DNA of 63,985 bases, filler included, from Bradymonadales bacterium (GTDB lineage Bacteria > Bdellovibrionota > UBA2394): the NCBI GenBank assembly GCA_007693605.1. It is 4 parts of 4 records of this genome, joined end to end, with 100 filler letters (N's around TTAATTAATTAA, not from the genome) between each part and the next. Parts side by side here need not be neighbours in the genome. Positions count along the whole stretch, not along the records: positions 1 to 23,869 come from REDG01000032.1; 3 more parts are not named here. The stretch is one strand, 5' to 3'. The position numbers and the translations under genes are program-made. Under the pieces are notes generated by a model. That model did no database searches. It was not told the DNA's origin and worked only from the letters and a program-made list of their open reading frames with translations. This document shows positions 1-9,745 of the stretch, piece by piece; the stretch's first letter is position 1, and every line of letters starts with the position of its first letter.

Positions 1-1218
1 TCGGCTCAAGGACTTGTTGCCCGACGCTGATTCAAAGGAGCCCCCCATTTCTTGGATGAGACCCAGACAACGATCTGCAATCTCATCTAATCGATGGGCC
101 GTGAGCTGTCTCTCAAATCGAAAGCTCGACTCCGAAAACAACTGGTGCCTTCGACTGGTGGCCCGAATCCGTTTGGCATCAAAACAGGCCACCTCCAGAA
201 GCACTCGAGTGGTCTCTGAGGTCACCGCAGAAGCTTTTCCGCCCATGACGCCCGCCAAAGACAAGGGCCCCGACTGGTCGGCAATCACCAAATCTTCGGC
301 AGAAAGCTCAATCGTCTCATCATTAAGAAGCTCCAAAGTCTCGCCGGGCTTCGCCCTTCGCACACCAATGGTCTTGGCATCCACCCGATCGGCGTCGAAG
401 AGGTGAATCGGGTGACCCATCTCAAACAAGAGTATATTGCTGACATCAACCAAGGGCGACAAAGGCCTCCCTCCCATCGCGACCAAAAAACGACGCCACT
501 CATCAGGAGTTTCATCCAAAGAAACTCCCTCAATCAAGACCCCCAAAAAGCCCTGAGCATCTTCAAACGACTCCACTCTCGGGTTGACCACAGAACTTCC
601 CTGCTTCCATCGAGCTGTCCGCTGCGTCTTTAACTTCAAAGAGCATTTCGCGGCCAACTCTCGAGCAATCCCTCTCAAGCTAAGAGCATCCCCTCGATTG
701 GGGGTCACATCCAATTCAAATACCGTGTCCCTCCAAGGGAAAAGCTCCGAGAGCTTTGTCCCCAAGGCCGCTTTCGATGCTTCAACGGCTCGGGTTGGCA
801 AAATCCAAATTCCCTCGCTCTCCTCGGCTAAACCCACTTCAGCCTCCGAACAACACATTCCCTGCGACTCGACTCCCCGAATCTTAGCCTTCTTGATCCG
901 AAAGCCACCGCCGTCTTCAGTCGGCAAGTTCGCCCCCACAGGAGCAAAGGCAACAAAATCCGAAACCTTCATATTCTTTGCCCCGCAGACCACCGGCAGC
1001 TTCTCCTTTCCGGTGTCGACTTCCAACAACCACAGCCGATCGGCCTGAGGATGCTTTTCCATTTTCAAGATCTTGGCAAGAACGACCTCATCAAGAGCGG
1101 CTCCGATCTCTCGAATCCCATCGTTCGGAAAACCCAAGCTTGCTAAATCGTCAGCACAGGCGTTGGCGCTGTCGTCATAATCCAACCAGCGTTTCAAAGC
1201 CGCAAAGCTCAGCTTCAT
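1..1218 (-). CDS. pheT: Phenylalanine--tRNA ligase beta subunit (runs off window start)
   Basis: Manual translation from ATG at 1218 gives MKLSFAALKRWLDYDDSANACADDLASLGF; ATGA overlap with the pheS stop; absent from the ORF track because there is no stop in the window. Confidence 0.93.
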   Translation of the reverse strand, partial: MKLSFAALKRWLDYDDSANACADDLASLGFPNDGIREIGAALDEVVLAKILKMEKHPQADRLWLLEVDTGKEKLPVVCGAKNMKVSDFVAFAPVGANLPTEDGGGFRIKKAKIRGVESQGMCCSEAEVGLAEESEGIWILPTRAVEASKAALGTKLSELFPWRDTVFELDVTPNRGDALSLRGIARELAAKCSLKLKTQRTARWKQGSSVVNPRVESFEDAQGFLGVLIEGVSLDETPDEWRRFLVAMGGRPLSPLVDVSNILLFEMGHPIHLFDADRVDAKTIGVRRAKPGETLELLNDETIELSAEDLVIADQSGPLSLAGVMGGKASAVTSETTRVLLEVACFDAKRIRATSRRHQLFSESSFRFERQLTAHRLDEIADRCLGLIQEMGGSFESASGNKSLSR

Positions 1219-2291
1219 CGCACTCGTCCCCTCAAAAAACTCAAGCGATTCTCAAAAAAGGATCTGAGATCTGGAATTTTAAGTTTCAACATGGCGAGCC
1301 TTTCAATCCCCATCCCGAAAGCCCAGCCCTGCACCTCTTCCGGATTCCAACCACAGGCTTGAAACACATTGGGATGCACTAGACCCGCTCCAGCGAGTTC
1401 AAGCCACCCGCTTTGTTTGCAAACCTTGCAACCCAAGCCCTGACAAAACACGCAAGACGCGTCCACCTCAGCGCTCGGCTCAGTAAAGGGAAAATAACTC
1501 GGCCGAAAACGAATCTTCGTCTTCTCTCCAAAAAACTTGCGAAAGAAATAGTCTAGAGTCGCACGAAGCTCCGGCATGCCAGACTGAGTGTCGACAACCA
1601 ATCCCTCAATCTGATGAAACATGGGAGCATGAGTCGCGTCGTCATCCACCCGATAGACTCTGCCTGGCGCTTGAATTCGAATCGGCAGTCTCTTTTCTGC
1701 CTTGGCCAATTTCAAGAGGGCTCGAACTTGAACGGGTGAGGTGTGAGTTCTGAGAATCAATGATCGATCCCCGGCGCTCTTCACAAAAAATGTGGCCTGC
1801 ATATCCCTAGCCGCATGATCTTTTTGAAAGTTAAGGCGATCAAAACAGTAGTCTTCAAACTCCACTTCAGGACCATAGATCGCCTGCAGCCCCGCCCTCT
1901 CCAAAATCGAAATCGCCTCTTCCATCACTTCGCGAATGGGGTGCGGCTGGGCGGGCGGAAAGAACACGCCAGGAGCAGAGGCGTCTAAGTCAGACTCTCG
2001 CAACTGCTTTTCTAGAGCCTCTGACTCAAGACGGCTCTCGGCCACTTGAAAGAGGTTCTCCAAGGCTCGACGAGTCTCGTTTAGCTTCGCCCCAAAGTCT
2101 TTTTTAGCTTCTGGTTGTAAATCCTTTAAACTCGCCAAGAGTCTAGAGAGTTCGCCCTTTTTTCCCAAAAACCGCGACTTCAACTCCCTTAACTCGTGAA
2201 GGCTCTTGACGGCAGCCGACTCCTTGGTGGCTTCATCGAGAAGCTCCATGAGTCGTTGAGGCTTTGGATTTTCTTGCAATGCCCGAGACAC
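1215..2291 (-). CDS. pheS: Phenylalanine--tRNA ligase alpha subunit
   Basis: LRTHTSPVQ, DATHAPMFHQIEG, RFRPSYFPFTEPS and AFGMGIERLAML motifs. Confidence 0.98.
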   Translation of the reverse strand: MSRALQENPKPQRLMELLDEATKESAAVKSLHELRELKSRFLGKKGELSRLLASLKDLQPEAKKDFGAKLNETRRALENLFQVAESRLESEALEKQLRESDLDASAPGVFFPPAQPHPIREVMEEAISILERAGLQAIYGPEVEFEDYCFDRLNFQKDHAARDMQATFFVKSAGDRSLILRTHTSPVQVRALLKLAKAEKRLPIRIQAPGRVYRVDDDATHAPMFHQIEGLVVDTQSGMPELRATLDYFFRKFFGEKTKIRFRPSYFPFTEPSAEVDASCVFCQGLGCKVCKQSGWLELAGAGLVHPNVFQACGWNPEEVQGWAFGMGIERLAMLKLKIPDLRSFFENRLSFLRGRVR

Positions 2292-2410
2292 GATGCTTCA
2301 TCCTAGCGGGACTTTTTGACACGAGAAAGGGACTTCTTGAATTTTTAAAAGCAAACCGTCGAGAGGCTCAAAGCTCCCATCCTGAGTGAACGGTCCGGAA
2401 AGCCTCTTTG

Positions 2411-2758
2411 TTACTTTAGACCCGAAGCGGAAAGAATTTGATCAAATGCCTTTGGCTCAGTCGCAGCAATTTCCGCTAACATTTTTCGGTTCATGCCGAT
2501 CTCGCTCTTTCTCAAGGCGTCCATCAGACGACTGTAAGAAAAACCTCTGAGGCGAGCCGCGGCGGTAATTCGTATAATCCACAGACTTCTCATATCTCGC
2601 TTGAGCCGCTTTCGGTCACGATAGTTAAAGGCCATGGCCCTATCCAAAGCTTGCCTTGCAAGTTTATTCGAAGACTTCGAGCGCCCACGAAATCCCTCTG
2701 TCAGCTTCGTGACTCGCTTTCGTCTGATCTTTCCCTTTGGGCCACCTTTTACACGCAT
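2411..2758 (-). CDS. rplT: 50S ribosomal protein L20
   Basis: MRVKGG...YRDRKRLKRDMRSLWIIRI; infC-rpmI-rplT-pheS order. Confidence 0.97.
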   Translation of the reverse strand: MRVKGGPKGKIRRKRVTKLTEGFRGRSKSSNKLARQALDRAMAFNYRDRKRLKRDMRSLWIIRITAAARLRGFSYSRLMDALRKSEIGMNRKMLAEIAATEPKAFDQILSASGLK

Positions 2759-2786
2759 TTCTCTACTCCAATTCGCTCATTCCGCA

Positions 2787-2993
2787 CTAAAACGCATAGG
2801 GCATTAATCGACGCATTTTTGACTCTTCCTCAGGAACGACATAAGTCTTCTTTCGGTAGCGCCTCTTCACTTTTCTTGGGTGCGTCGTCAAAATATGGGA
2901 CAAATGGTTTCGTTTTCGCTTCACTTTGCCGCTGGCAGTGACTCGAAACCGCTTGGTTGCCCCACTCTTGGTTTTCATCTTTGCGGATGCCAT
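2787..2993 (-). CDS. rpmI: 50S ribosomal protein L35
   Basis: KMKTKSGATKRFRVTASGKVKR; ATG at 2993 taken as start. Confidence 0.96.
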   Translation of the reverse strand: MASAKMKTKSGATKRFRVTASGKVKRKRNHLSHILTTHPRKVKRRYRKKTYVVPEEESKMRRLMPYAF

Positions 2994-3089
2994 CCCAAAA
3001 GAACTAGCTTTGAATCCCCTAGGGATCAATGGAGAATTCCAGGATTTTTTGCAGGATAAGGCCCGTCCCCCTAGGAGGCGCCAGCCCCC

Positions 3090-3752
3090 TCAGGAGGAAC
3101 TCGAACCCGAGCCCGACTGCTGCTGCTGTTGTTGCCCCCCCGAAGCCAATTTTCCAGCAGCTTTCGGGTTGCCGGTATCGGACGACTCCTTCAATTCTTT
3201 GAGTTCCTTTGCCTTCTTGGCGGCGGCGGGTAAGGCGGCAAAAGTGGCTGCTAAGACTCGCCCCTCCATTTTGGGGGCTAGTTCAACCGTGGCGACTTCT
3301 TTTAGGAGCTCGGTGATTTTTTCCATTTGCTGCCGACCAATTTCAGGATGGGCCATCTGTCGCCCTCGGAAGCGAATGCTGAACTTCACGCGGTGGCCAT
3401 CGCCCAAGAACCGAATGGCGTTTCGCACTTTAAACTGTATGTCATGGTCTTGAGTCACCGGCGAAAGAGTCACCTCTTTCAAAACCGTGGCCGCCTGTTT
3501 CTTTTGGCCTTGTGACTTCTTCTTCTGTTCGTACTTGAACTTCCCAAAGTCCATGATTTTGCAAACCGGTGGGTTCGCATTGGGGCTAATCTCTACAAGG
3601 TCTAAACCTCGCTGTTGAGCGGCCTCAAAAGCTTCCCTTGAGGTCATGACCCCCAACATTTCTCCGCTATCTAAAACGACCCTCACTTTGGGAACTCTAA
3701 TTTCACGATTGATTCGAGGACCGCGGTCCTTACGATTGGGCTCTCGTCTAAT
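3090..3752 (-). CDS. infC: Translation initiation factor IF-3 (ATT start)
   Basis: GLDLVEISPNANPPVCKIMDFGKFKYE; frame extends 22 codons upstream of the tracked GTG to an ATT at 3752, 5 nt after SD AAGGAGGT (3758-3765). Confidence 0.97.
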   Translation of the reverse strand: MRREPNRKDRGPRINREIRVPKVRVVLDSGEMLGVMTSREAFEAAQQRGLDLVEISPNANPPVCKIMDFGKFKYEQKKKSQGQKKQAATVLKEVTLSPVTQDHDIQFKVRNAIRFLGDGHRVKFSIRFRGRQMAHPEIGRQQMEKITELLKEVATVELAPKMEGRVLAATFAALPAAAKKAKELKELKESSDTGNPKAAGKLASGGQQQQQQSGSGSSSS

Positions 3753-3876
3753 AAGCCACCTCCTTAAAAATTCAACTTACAAGGACTGTCGCGAAAAGCC
3801 ACCCCCCATTCAGGGTTTGGCAATCTCACTTCATAGGATTGAACACGAAATCCAGAAAAAGAAAACCCCTTCCTAC

Positions 3877-4488
3877 TTAATTCAAGCGGGCCGGGGGCTC
3901 AAAGCAAGATCGACATCGAGCCTCATAGCTCTCCAAAGCTCCCACAAAGAGCTTTTCGGTCTCATTACCCTGAATTCGCTGATTTCGGGTGGCAGGCCGG
4001 CCACAGCGAACACAGATGGCCAGCTGCTTGGTGACATACTCGGCCGAAGCCATCAGTTCTGGAATGGGGTCAAAGGGCCTCGCCCGAAAGTCAGAGTCGA
4101 TTCCCGCCACAATGAGCCTCTTGCCAGAGTCAGCCAGTTGATTGACCACCTCCACCAGGCTTTGGTCAAAGAACTGGGCCTCATCAATTCCCACGACCTG
4201 AGAGTCCTTCGCAAGCTCATAGATCTCGTCGGCCCTCTTCACTCGAAGCGCCGGAAGACTCACACGATCGTGGGTCACCACATGATCTTCAGAGTAGCGC
4301 TGATCAATCTCAGGCTTCACCAAAACACACGCCTGCTTGGCAATCATCGCCCGCCGGATTCTTCGGAGAAGCTCCTCAGTCTTTCCTGAGAACATACTCC
4401 CGGTAATGACCTCGATCCAACCGAATTGAGAGGGAACGGCATTTACCGGCAACTCTTGATAACGATCTCGAAATACTTCAATCACCAA
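3877..4488 (-). CDS. tdk: Thymidine kinase
   Basis: GSMFSGKTEEL P-loop, IDEAQFF, CxxC and YEARCRSCF zinc lasso. Confidence 0.96.
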   Translation of the reverse strand: MVIEVFRDRYQELPVNAVPSQFGWIEVITGSMFSGKTEELLRRIRRAMIAKQACVLVKPEIDQRYSEDHVVTHDRVSLPALRVKRADEIYELAKDSQVVGIDEAQFFDQSLVEVVNQLADSGKRLIVAGIDSDFRARPFDPIPELMASAEYVTKQLAICVRCGRPATRNQRIQGNETEKLFVGALESYEARCRSCFEPPARLN

Positions 4489-4597
4489 CCACCTCTCGTC
4501 CGTTTCTATCGATAGCGACCCCCAAACTCAAGTTGAACCTAAGCGCTCTTCAAAAAAAGTTTGTGACGACCTCTCTTTTGGAGGATGATGAGGTCTC

Positions 4598-5773
4598 GTG
4601 CGACACCAAACAACAAGAATTTGCCTTGTTCTCTGCATGAGCGCGCTTCCTTTCTCTTCGTTTTCGGAAGAGAACTTTCGGCTTGACTCAAGTCCAGAGG
4701 CCCTTCGTCCCCTGCAGCCCGAAGAAGAGTTGAGCGGGCTTTTGCGCTTGGAGCCTTCAGAGACGGCGACCGCCATTCGAAGGCTTCGAGAGAGCGATAC
4801 GATCAGGATTCTTCGATCACAGGGCGAATGGTACGAGCTCGAATTGGAAAGTGAAGAGGGCGTGGTCTTTCGGGGCTGGGTGAAAGCTAGCCTTGCACCA
4901 GAAAGACTGGCCGCCGAAGCGCCGAAAATGGCCGAACTGGACTCTCGACCCGAGGCTTTAGACTATTTTTTGGATCGCCGTTTGCGCTGGTTTTGGTCGC
5001 CTCGAATGAAGAGAGCTTTAACTCTTGAGTTTGGCTTGGGCCTTCAGAATCAAAGAACTCAGTGGGACGGAAATGACCCCAGCCTTCTCAACCCGGCAAG
5101 TAACCAACTCAACGGACTTGATCTTCAAGCCTCAGCAAAACTTCAAATACTCGAGTACGAATTTGGACCAGGCACGTGGGGGCTGGGCTCACAGTTCCGA
5201 TACCATTTGGGCTTTTACCAAGTAAACTTTCCCCCCGGAGAAGTGATTCCGCCAGAACTTCGAGGTCAAGCCTATCAACAACTGACCCACCAACTGCAAG
5301 CGGATCTGTTTAAGAGCTTTGTCAATTCCATTTCTCGGCTCCGACTTCGACTCGAAGCGGGGGTCGGCATTTTTTTTCATGAAAGCTCGCCAGACGCGAA
5401 GTCTGTGGTGGAGGGGCAGCCCGTGTTTACTCGGCTCGAGTTTTTCAGTCCGATGATTCGACTCGGAGCGGGTCTCGAATTCTCGGATCGATGGTCCACG
5501 ATGACCGAAACAGGCTTGATGCTTTTTTCTCAATGGTCTGAAACTCCCTCGGCCTCAGCCAACAAGCTTGAGACGACGGGCTTTCCGATTTGGCTTCGAA
5601 TCAAAACGGAATACCGCTGGCTCGATTGGCTGGGAAACTACTTAAGTGCAGAGGCTCTTCTTTTGAAGGCCCGACAAGACGGGCCTAGCAGTCGAGGTGG
5701 GATCACTTATGATCGCGTTGATCTTGACTTGCGACCTCTTCGAGTCACTGCAGGTTTTAGCCTGATATTTTAA
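4598..5773 (+). CDS. Exported protein with SH3b-like domain and probable outer-membrane beta-barrel
   Basis: Signal-peptide-like N-terminus, GEWYEL...RGWV SH3-like pattern, amphipathic strands, C-terminal Phe. Confidence 0.6.
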   Translation: MRHQTTRICLVLCMSALPFSSFSEENFRLDSSPEALRPLQPEEELSGLLRLEPSETATAIRRLRESDTIRILRSQGEWYELELESEEGVVFRGWVKASLAPERLAAEAPKMAELDSRPEALDYFLDRRLRWFWSPRMKRALTLEFGLGLQNQRTQWDGNDPSLLNPASNQLNGLDLQASAKLQILEYEFGPGTWGLGSQFRYHLGFYQVNFPPGEVIPPELRGQAYQQLTHQLQADLFKSFVNSISRLRLRLEAGVGIFFHESSPDAKSVVEGQPVFTRLEFFSPMIRLGAGLEFSDRWSTMTETGLMLFSQWSETPSASANKLETTGFPIWLRIKTEYRWLDWLGNYLSAEALLLKARQDGPSSRGGITYDRVDLDLRPLRVTAGFSLIF

Positions 5774-5949
5774 GAAACCACGCCTTTGGATAGATTGTAG
5801 GCGAACGGCTGACTGTAGCGAGTCTCGCTAAAGCCCCATCCGCGTGATACTCCCAAATCCGCCCCACGAAACCGAGAGACTCAGGCATTTTTGCCAGTGA
5901 CAAAATTTGCCCTCGCGTCATTTCAAACACTTAAGCGAGCGCTTGAGCC

Positions 5950-5965
5950 TGGCACCGCTTTTGCA
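5950..5965 (+). promoter_or_regulatory. sigma54 (-24/-12) promoter
   Basis: TGGCAC-CGCTT-TTGCA matches the TGGCAC-N5-TTGC consensus exactly. Confidence 0.7.
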
Positions 5966-5975
5966 ATTTAAGATC

Positions 5976-6061
5976 TCGACTAACCAGACCAGATCTCTGC
6001 ACAACACCCAAAAACCTTCGCAGCATATAAAGAAGTCCTCCATTAGGAGGACTTCTTTTTT
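5976..6061 (+). ncRNA. Candidate sigma54-dependent small RNA (~85 nt)
   Basis: Lies between the sigma54 promoter and a strong intrinsic terminator; no ORF. Confidence 0.55.
6029..6061 (+). terminator. Rho-independent terminator
   Basis: AAAGAAGTCCTCC-ATTA-GGAGGACTTCTTT hairpin ending in a T tract. Confidence 0.85.
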
Positions 6062-6218
6062 GTAAGAAGGGACTGTCGCGAAACTCTGGATTCGGCAGTG
6101 TCGCTAAAGGCCCATCTGCTTCGGCTGCTGAGTCGCTGGGCTTCTCGACCCTGCCTTTTTGAAATTGAAGGCCTTAAATCAGTGTGCACCCGCAGCAAGT
6201 CTCGCTAAACTACGACTA

Positions 6219-8468
6219 ATGATTCGGGTTTTGGTGGTCGAAGATGACAAATATCTGAATAAGCTGATTTGTGACTACTTGAGCCTAGAGGGTTTTCAGG
6301 TCTCTAGCGCCTTGGACGGAGAGTCTGCTTGGAAGATATTACAAGATTCTACGACTGAATTCGATGCGGTGACCGTCGACCTCCTGTTGCCCCGAATGAT
6401 GGGGGCCGAACTTTTCTCAAAGATCAATGAAGACACTCGACTGAGCCCCCTCAAGAAGATTGGAATTTCTGGCGTCTACAAAGATCCCGCCGATCAGGAA
6501 CGAGTCTGCAGTCTACATCAGCTGTCTGCCTACCTCTTGAAGCCCTTTGATCTTTCTGAGCTTGCTGCCCAACTCAGAGGAGAGAGCCCTCCCTCCAGTT
6601 CTGAGAAACTTCAAGGCTCTGGTGATCTCGCACAGACCCCCCTAGAGAGACTGTTTTTTCAGGCTTACTGCCGAGCCTTCACGGGCAGCTTGAATTTGAA
6701 GTGGCAAGATTCTGATCGAAAGATCTTTTTTCTAAACGGACATCCCGTGAGCGCAAGCTCTTCGTCGCTTTCTGAAAACTTAGGGGCTTTTTTGATCCAA
6801 GAGGCCCTGATTGACTCTGAACAGCGAGAGGAAATTTCAAAACAGATGGCTGAGAAGGCTCAGTACTTCGGCGAGGCTCTGTTAGAACTTGGCATTTTGT
6901 TGAAGTCTGAACTCTATCAGGCCCTTCGAAAACATACCTACCAAATTCTAATGAACAGCTTCTCCACCCGACAAGGCCAGTACTCTTTTGAGAGCCTTGA
7001 AGAACTTCCGTCTCATTTGCCCCATATTGAGTTCAACCCTTTCCTCTTGATGTTGGAAGCTCAAAAGAGACAGATATCGGCCGCAGCTCTCGAAGAGCTC
7101 TTTCAGATCAAAGCGAAAGACTTTCCGGCACGAGGGCCTCGATTTTTTCAACTCCTGCCCTCCTGCAACCCGAGTCTTGAGCTACAAAAGCACTTTGAAA
7201 TTTGGCCACCAGAGCTTTCTCTCTCCGATTGGTTTAACAAGATTGGCATTGAGAACAGAGAGTCTGCCCAGAGAACTCTCTATCTTTTTGAAACTCTCGG
7301 AGTTTTAGGCTGGCAGTCAGAACCCCCAGAATCGAACGAAAGACCCGAACAGGTCTTCCAATTCGAAGAACAAAGGGCTCAAGAAAATCAGGAGCACGAT
7401 CGAAAAACCTCAGAGAAGATTCGAGAGGTCTATATGGATGCTCTGAATCAAAACTTCTTTGAGCTCTTGAGGGTTTCGGAAGAGGCCTCTCGAGAAGAGA
7501 TCGAAGAAAAGTACCGTGAGCTTCGATTTGAGGCTCACCCCGATCGATTCTTAGGAAAACTTCGTGGCGAAACCTCTCGAATTTTACAGGACTATCTGAC
7601 TCGACTTGACAAGGCGTATCAGTGCTTGATCGATGACGATCGAAGGCAAGAGTATTTAGCGAGAGTCAGTCGTTCATCCGAAGACTCAGCAGCTGACTCC
7701 AAACGCTACCTGCAAGCTCAAGACCTTTTTCATCAGGCTCAAAGAGAACTCGCAAAAGAAAAATTCACGGAGGCCAAACTTTTGTTTGATCGCGCCTATG
7801 CCTCCTGGGCCGCCGGCATCGAATACCGACTCTTTTCGATTTACACCGACTTTCGAAGCAAAGCCTCTGCGAAGCTCTCAGAAAAACAGGCTCAACTCAA
7901 TCGATTGAAAGAGGTCTGCCTCCAAAACCCTCACCTTGAAACAGGCTTTCTACTGCTGGGACACGCGCATCGTCATCTGAACCAAGTTTCTGCCGCACGA
8001 GAAGCCTATCAAAAGGCTCTACAGATCTCTCCCGATTTGGAAGAAGCCCTCAATGCGCTGTCTCGACTTGCCGAAAAGGAGAGAAAACACTTTCAGTTTA
8101 AGCTTCCGAAAATTCTGTCAAAAAAAATTCTTAAGCGGGCGCTGGTGATCGCCCTCTTGACTGCCGCTTTTGTCCCACTGTATCGCTTGCAGAAAAGTTT
8201 TCAGTCTGAAGATGCTGCAGTCATCCGCCCCGATCCGGCCATGTTGAGAGAGCACTTTCAAACGAATCGTATTGAAATTAAGGCCCAGTTTGCCCAAATT
8301 CAGGTAAAATCAGGGGAGGTGCGAGGACTTCCGGACGCCGTTGTACGGCACCGATGCCAAAGGAGTTTGTTGCTATTGGAAGTTTATGGAGCAGAAAGAC
8401 TGTTTGTCATTGAGGAGAATCATGGGCTATCGGCCTTTTGCACAAGAGATCAGTTTCGGCGCTACTAG
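6219..8468 (+). CDS. Response-regulator receiver + DUF4388-like + J-domain + TPR membrane protein
   Basis: VEDD/VDLLLP/KPF receiver, FTGSLNL..IFFLNG segment, HPD J motif (FEAHPDRF), TPR (LGHAHRHLNQVSAAREAYQKAL), TM near C-terminus; ATG at 6219 preferred. Confidence 0.8.
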   Translation: MIRVLVVEDDKYLNKLICDYLSLEGFQVSSALDGESAWKILQDSTTEFDAVTVDLLLPRMMGAELFSKINEDTRLSPLKKIGISGVYKDPADQERVCSLHQLSAYLLKPFDLSELAAQLRGESPPSSSEKLQGSGDLAQTPLERLFFQAYCRAFTGSLNLKWQDSDRKIFFLNGHPVSASSSSLSENLGAFLIQEALIDSEQREEISKQMAEKAQYFGEALLELGILLKSELYQALRKHTYQILMNSFSTRQGQYSFESLEELPSHLPHIEFNPFLLMLEAQKRQISAAALEELFQIKAKDFPARGPRFFQLLPSCNPSLELQKHFEIWPPELSLSDWFNKIGIENRESAQRTLYLFETLGVLGWQSEPPESNERPEQVFQFEEQRAQENQEHDRKTSEKIREVYMDALNQNFFELLRVSEEASREEIEEKYRELRFEAHPDRFLGKLRGETSRILQDYLTRLDKAYQCLIDDDRRQEYLARVSRSSEDSAADSKRYLQAQDLFHQAQRELAKEKFTEAKLLFDRAYASWAAGIEYRLFSIYTDFRSKASAKLSEKQAQLNRLKEVCLQNPHLETGFLLLGHAHRHLNQVSAAREAYQKALQISPDLEEALNALSRLAEKERKHFQFKLPKILSKKILKRALVIALLTAAFVPLYRLQKSFQSEDAAVIRPDPAMLREHFQTNRIEIKAQFAQIQVKSGEVRGLPDAVVRHRCQRSLLLLEVYGAERLFVIEENHGLSAFCTRDQFRRY

Positions 8469-8928
8469 GGGCATGACGATTATTGAGCTATTGCTTGTGG
8501 TGACCATTATTGGGATTCTGGCGGCGACGGCCGGATCCGCTTTTGACGGCTATCGAAAACGGGCCATGACTCAAGAGCCTTTGCGCTTACTCCCCATGAT
8601 GGCCGGGGGCATTGTGACTTACTACGGTCGAGAAGATGAATTCATTCCGCTCGGACCAACGAATGTCCCTCCGACCAACGGCAGCACTGCCCGATCGGTG
8701 GACTTTCTGGAAAATCCAGAATGGAACTGGATCAGAATCAATTTTAGCATCTCAGACCCCATTCGCTACGGATATCAGGGCTCTCAAACGGGTCCTGGCT
8801 CGTATCTACTAGAAGCCCTTGGCGATCTCAACTCTAACGGAATTTTAAGCATCTTTAGCATTTCCATCTTTACGACAGGAGAGCGAACCCAGATTTCTCC
8901 GGTTCATATCTTTAACGAACTCGAGTAA
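8422..8928 (+). CDS. Type IV pilin-like protein
   Basis: Prepilin cleavage motif RG|MTIIELLLVVTIIGILAA; ATG at 8422 after GAGGAG; ALGDLNSNG C-terminal motif. Confidence 0.88.
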   Translation: MGYRPFAQEISFGATRGMTIIELLLVVTIIGILAATAGSAFDGYRKRAMTQEPLRLLPMMAGGIVTYYGREDEFIPLGPTNVPPTNGSTARSVDFLENPEWNWIRINFSISDPIRYGYQGSQTGPGSYLLEALGDLNSNGILSIFSISIFTTGERTQISPVHIFNELE

Positions 8929-8948
8929 GGTCGGCGCACAAAAAGCTT

Positions 8949-9254
8949 TTAGGCTTTATCAGCCTCTTTCTGCTCTTTAATCTCCATCAAGCGCTCGAGA
9001 GCTGTTAGCTCTCGTTTCAGTCGACGAAGCTCTAGGCTTCTTGAGATCAGAATACCGGAAAAAATCACAGCAGAGACCAGCAAGCCCACAATAAAACTCA
9101 AACTCACCAAGACTCCCAAAGAACTTTCGTAGGTTCTCCAGGCCAGAAAATAAAGCCGAACATTCTGTGCGTTCTCTCGCAGAAAGTGGGCGAGAGCGAA
9201 GCCCAATACAAAAACCGCCGCAACAATCAGTAAAATTCCGAATACTCGTTTCAT
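8949..9254 (-). CDS. lapA: LapA-family (DUF1049) membrane protein
   Basis: Two TM segments with EN..V.L.FL motif and a coiled-coil tail; ATGA overlap with the HIT gene. Confidence 0.7.
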   Translation of the reverse strand: MKRVFGILLIVAAVFVLGFALAHFLRENAQNVRLYFLAWRTYESSLGVLVSLSFIVGLLVSAVIFSGILISRSLELRRLKRELTALERLMEIKEQKEADKA

Positions 9255-9739
9255 GAAACTAACCCCCAAGCCTTCTTCAATTTTTTGTAACTCTGCTTCA
9301 AATGTTCGGGCAGAACCTTCACTTCTGCAAGCACCGGCATAAAGTTCGTGTCTCCCGACCAACGAGGAACAAGATGAAGGTGAAGGTGATCGGGAATTCC
9401 CGCCCCCGCAGCCGCACCCAAATTGGCTCCTAGGTTGAAGGCCTCACACTGAAAGCAGTCTCTTAAAACCTTCACCGCTTTTTGAGAAAGCCGCATCATC
9501 TCCTCTAGCTCTTGAGCCGTCAGTTCTGACCACTCCTTCACATGCCGATTCGGAACAAACATCAAATGCCCATTGGAATAGGGAAACTTATTCATCAGAA
9601 CGAAGCTCTCTTCCGCTCGCTCTAGAATCAAAGCCTCTTCATCATCTTCCATCTTTAAAATATTACAAAGAATGCAGGAAGCTGTGCTTTTGTAAGTCTC
9701 AATGACTTCTAAACGCCAGGGAGCAAACATTCTCTCCAA
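9251..9739 (-). CDS. HIT family hydrolase (FHIT/Ap4A-like)
   Basis: APWR, NKFPYSNGHLM, AGAGIPDHLHLHLVPRWSGD histidine triad. Confidence 0.93.
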   Translation of the reverse strand: MERMFAPWRLEVIETYKSTASCILCNILKMEDDEEALILERAEESFVLMNKFPYSNGHLMFVPNRHVKEWSELTAQELEEMMRLSQKAVKVLRDCFQCEAFNLGANLGAAAGAGIPDHLHLHLVPRWSGDTNFMPVLAEVKVLPEHLKQSYKKLKKAWGLVS

Positions 9740-9745
9740 TTCAGA

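Noticed and set aside
14..1382. Plus-strand ORFs of 76-154 aa
   Set aside because: Antisense shadows of pheT and pheS
3646..4389. 247-aa plus-strand ORF
   Set aside because: Antisense to tdk and infC, with no recognisable motifs
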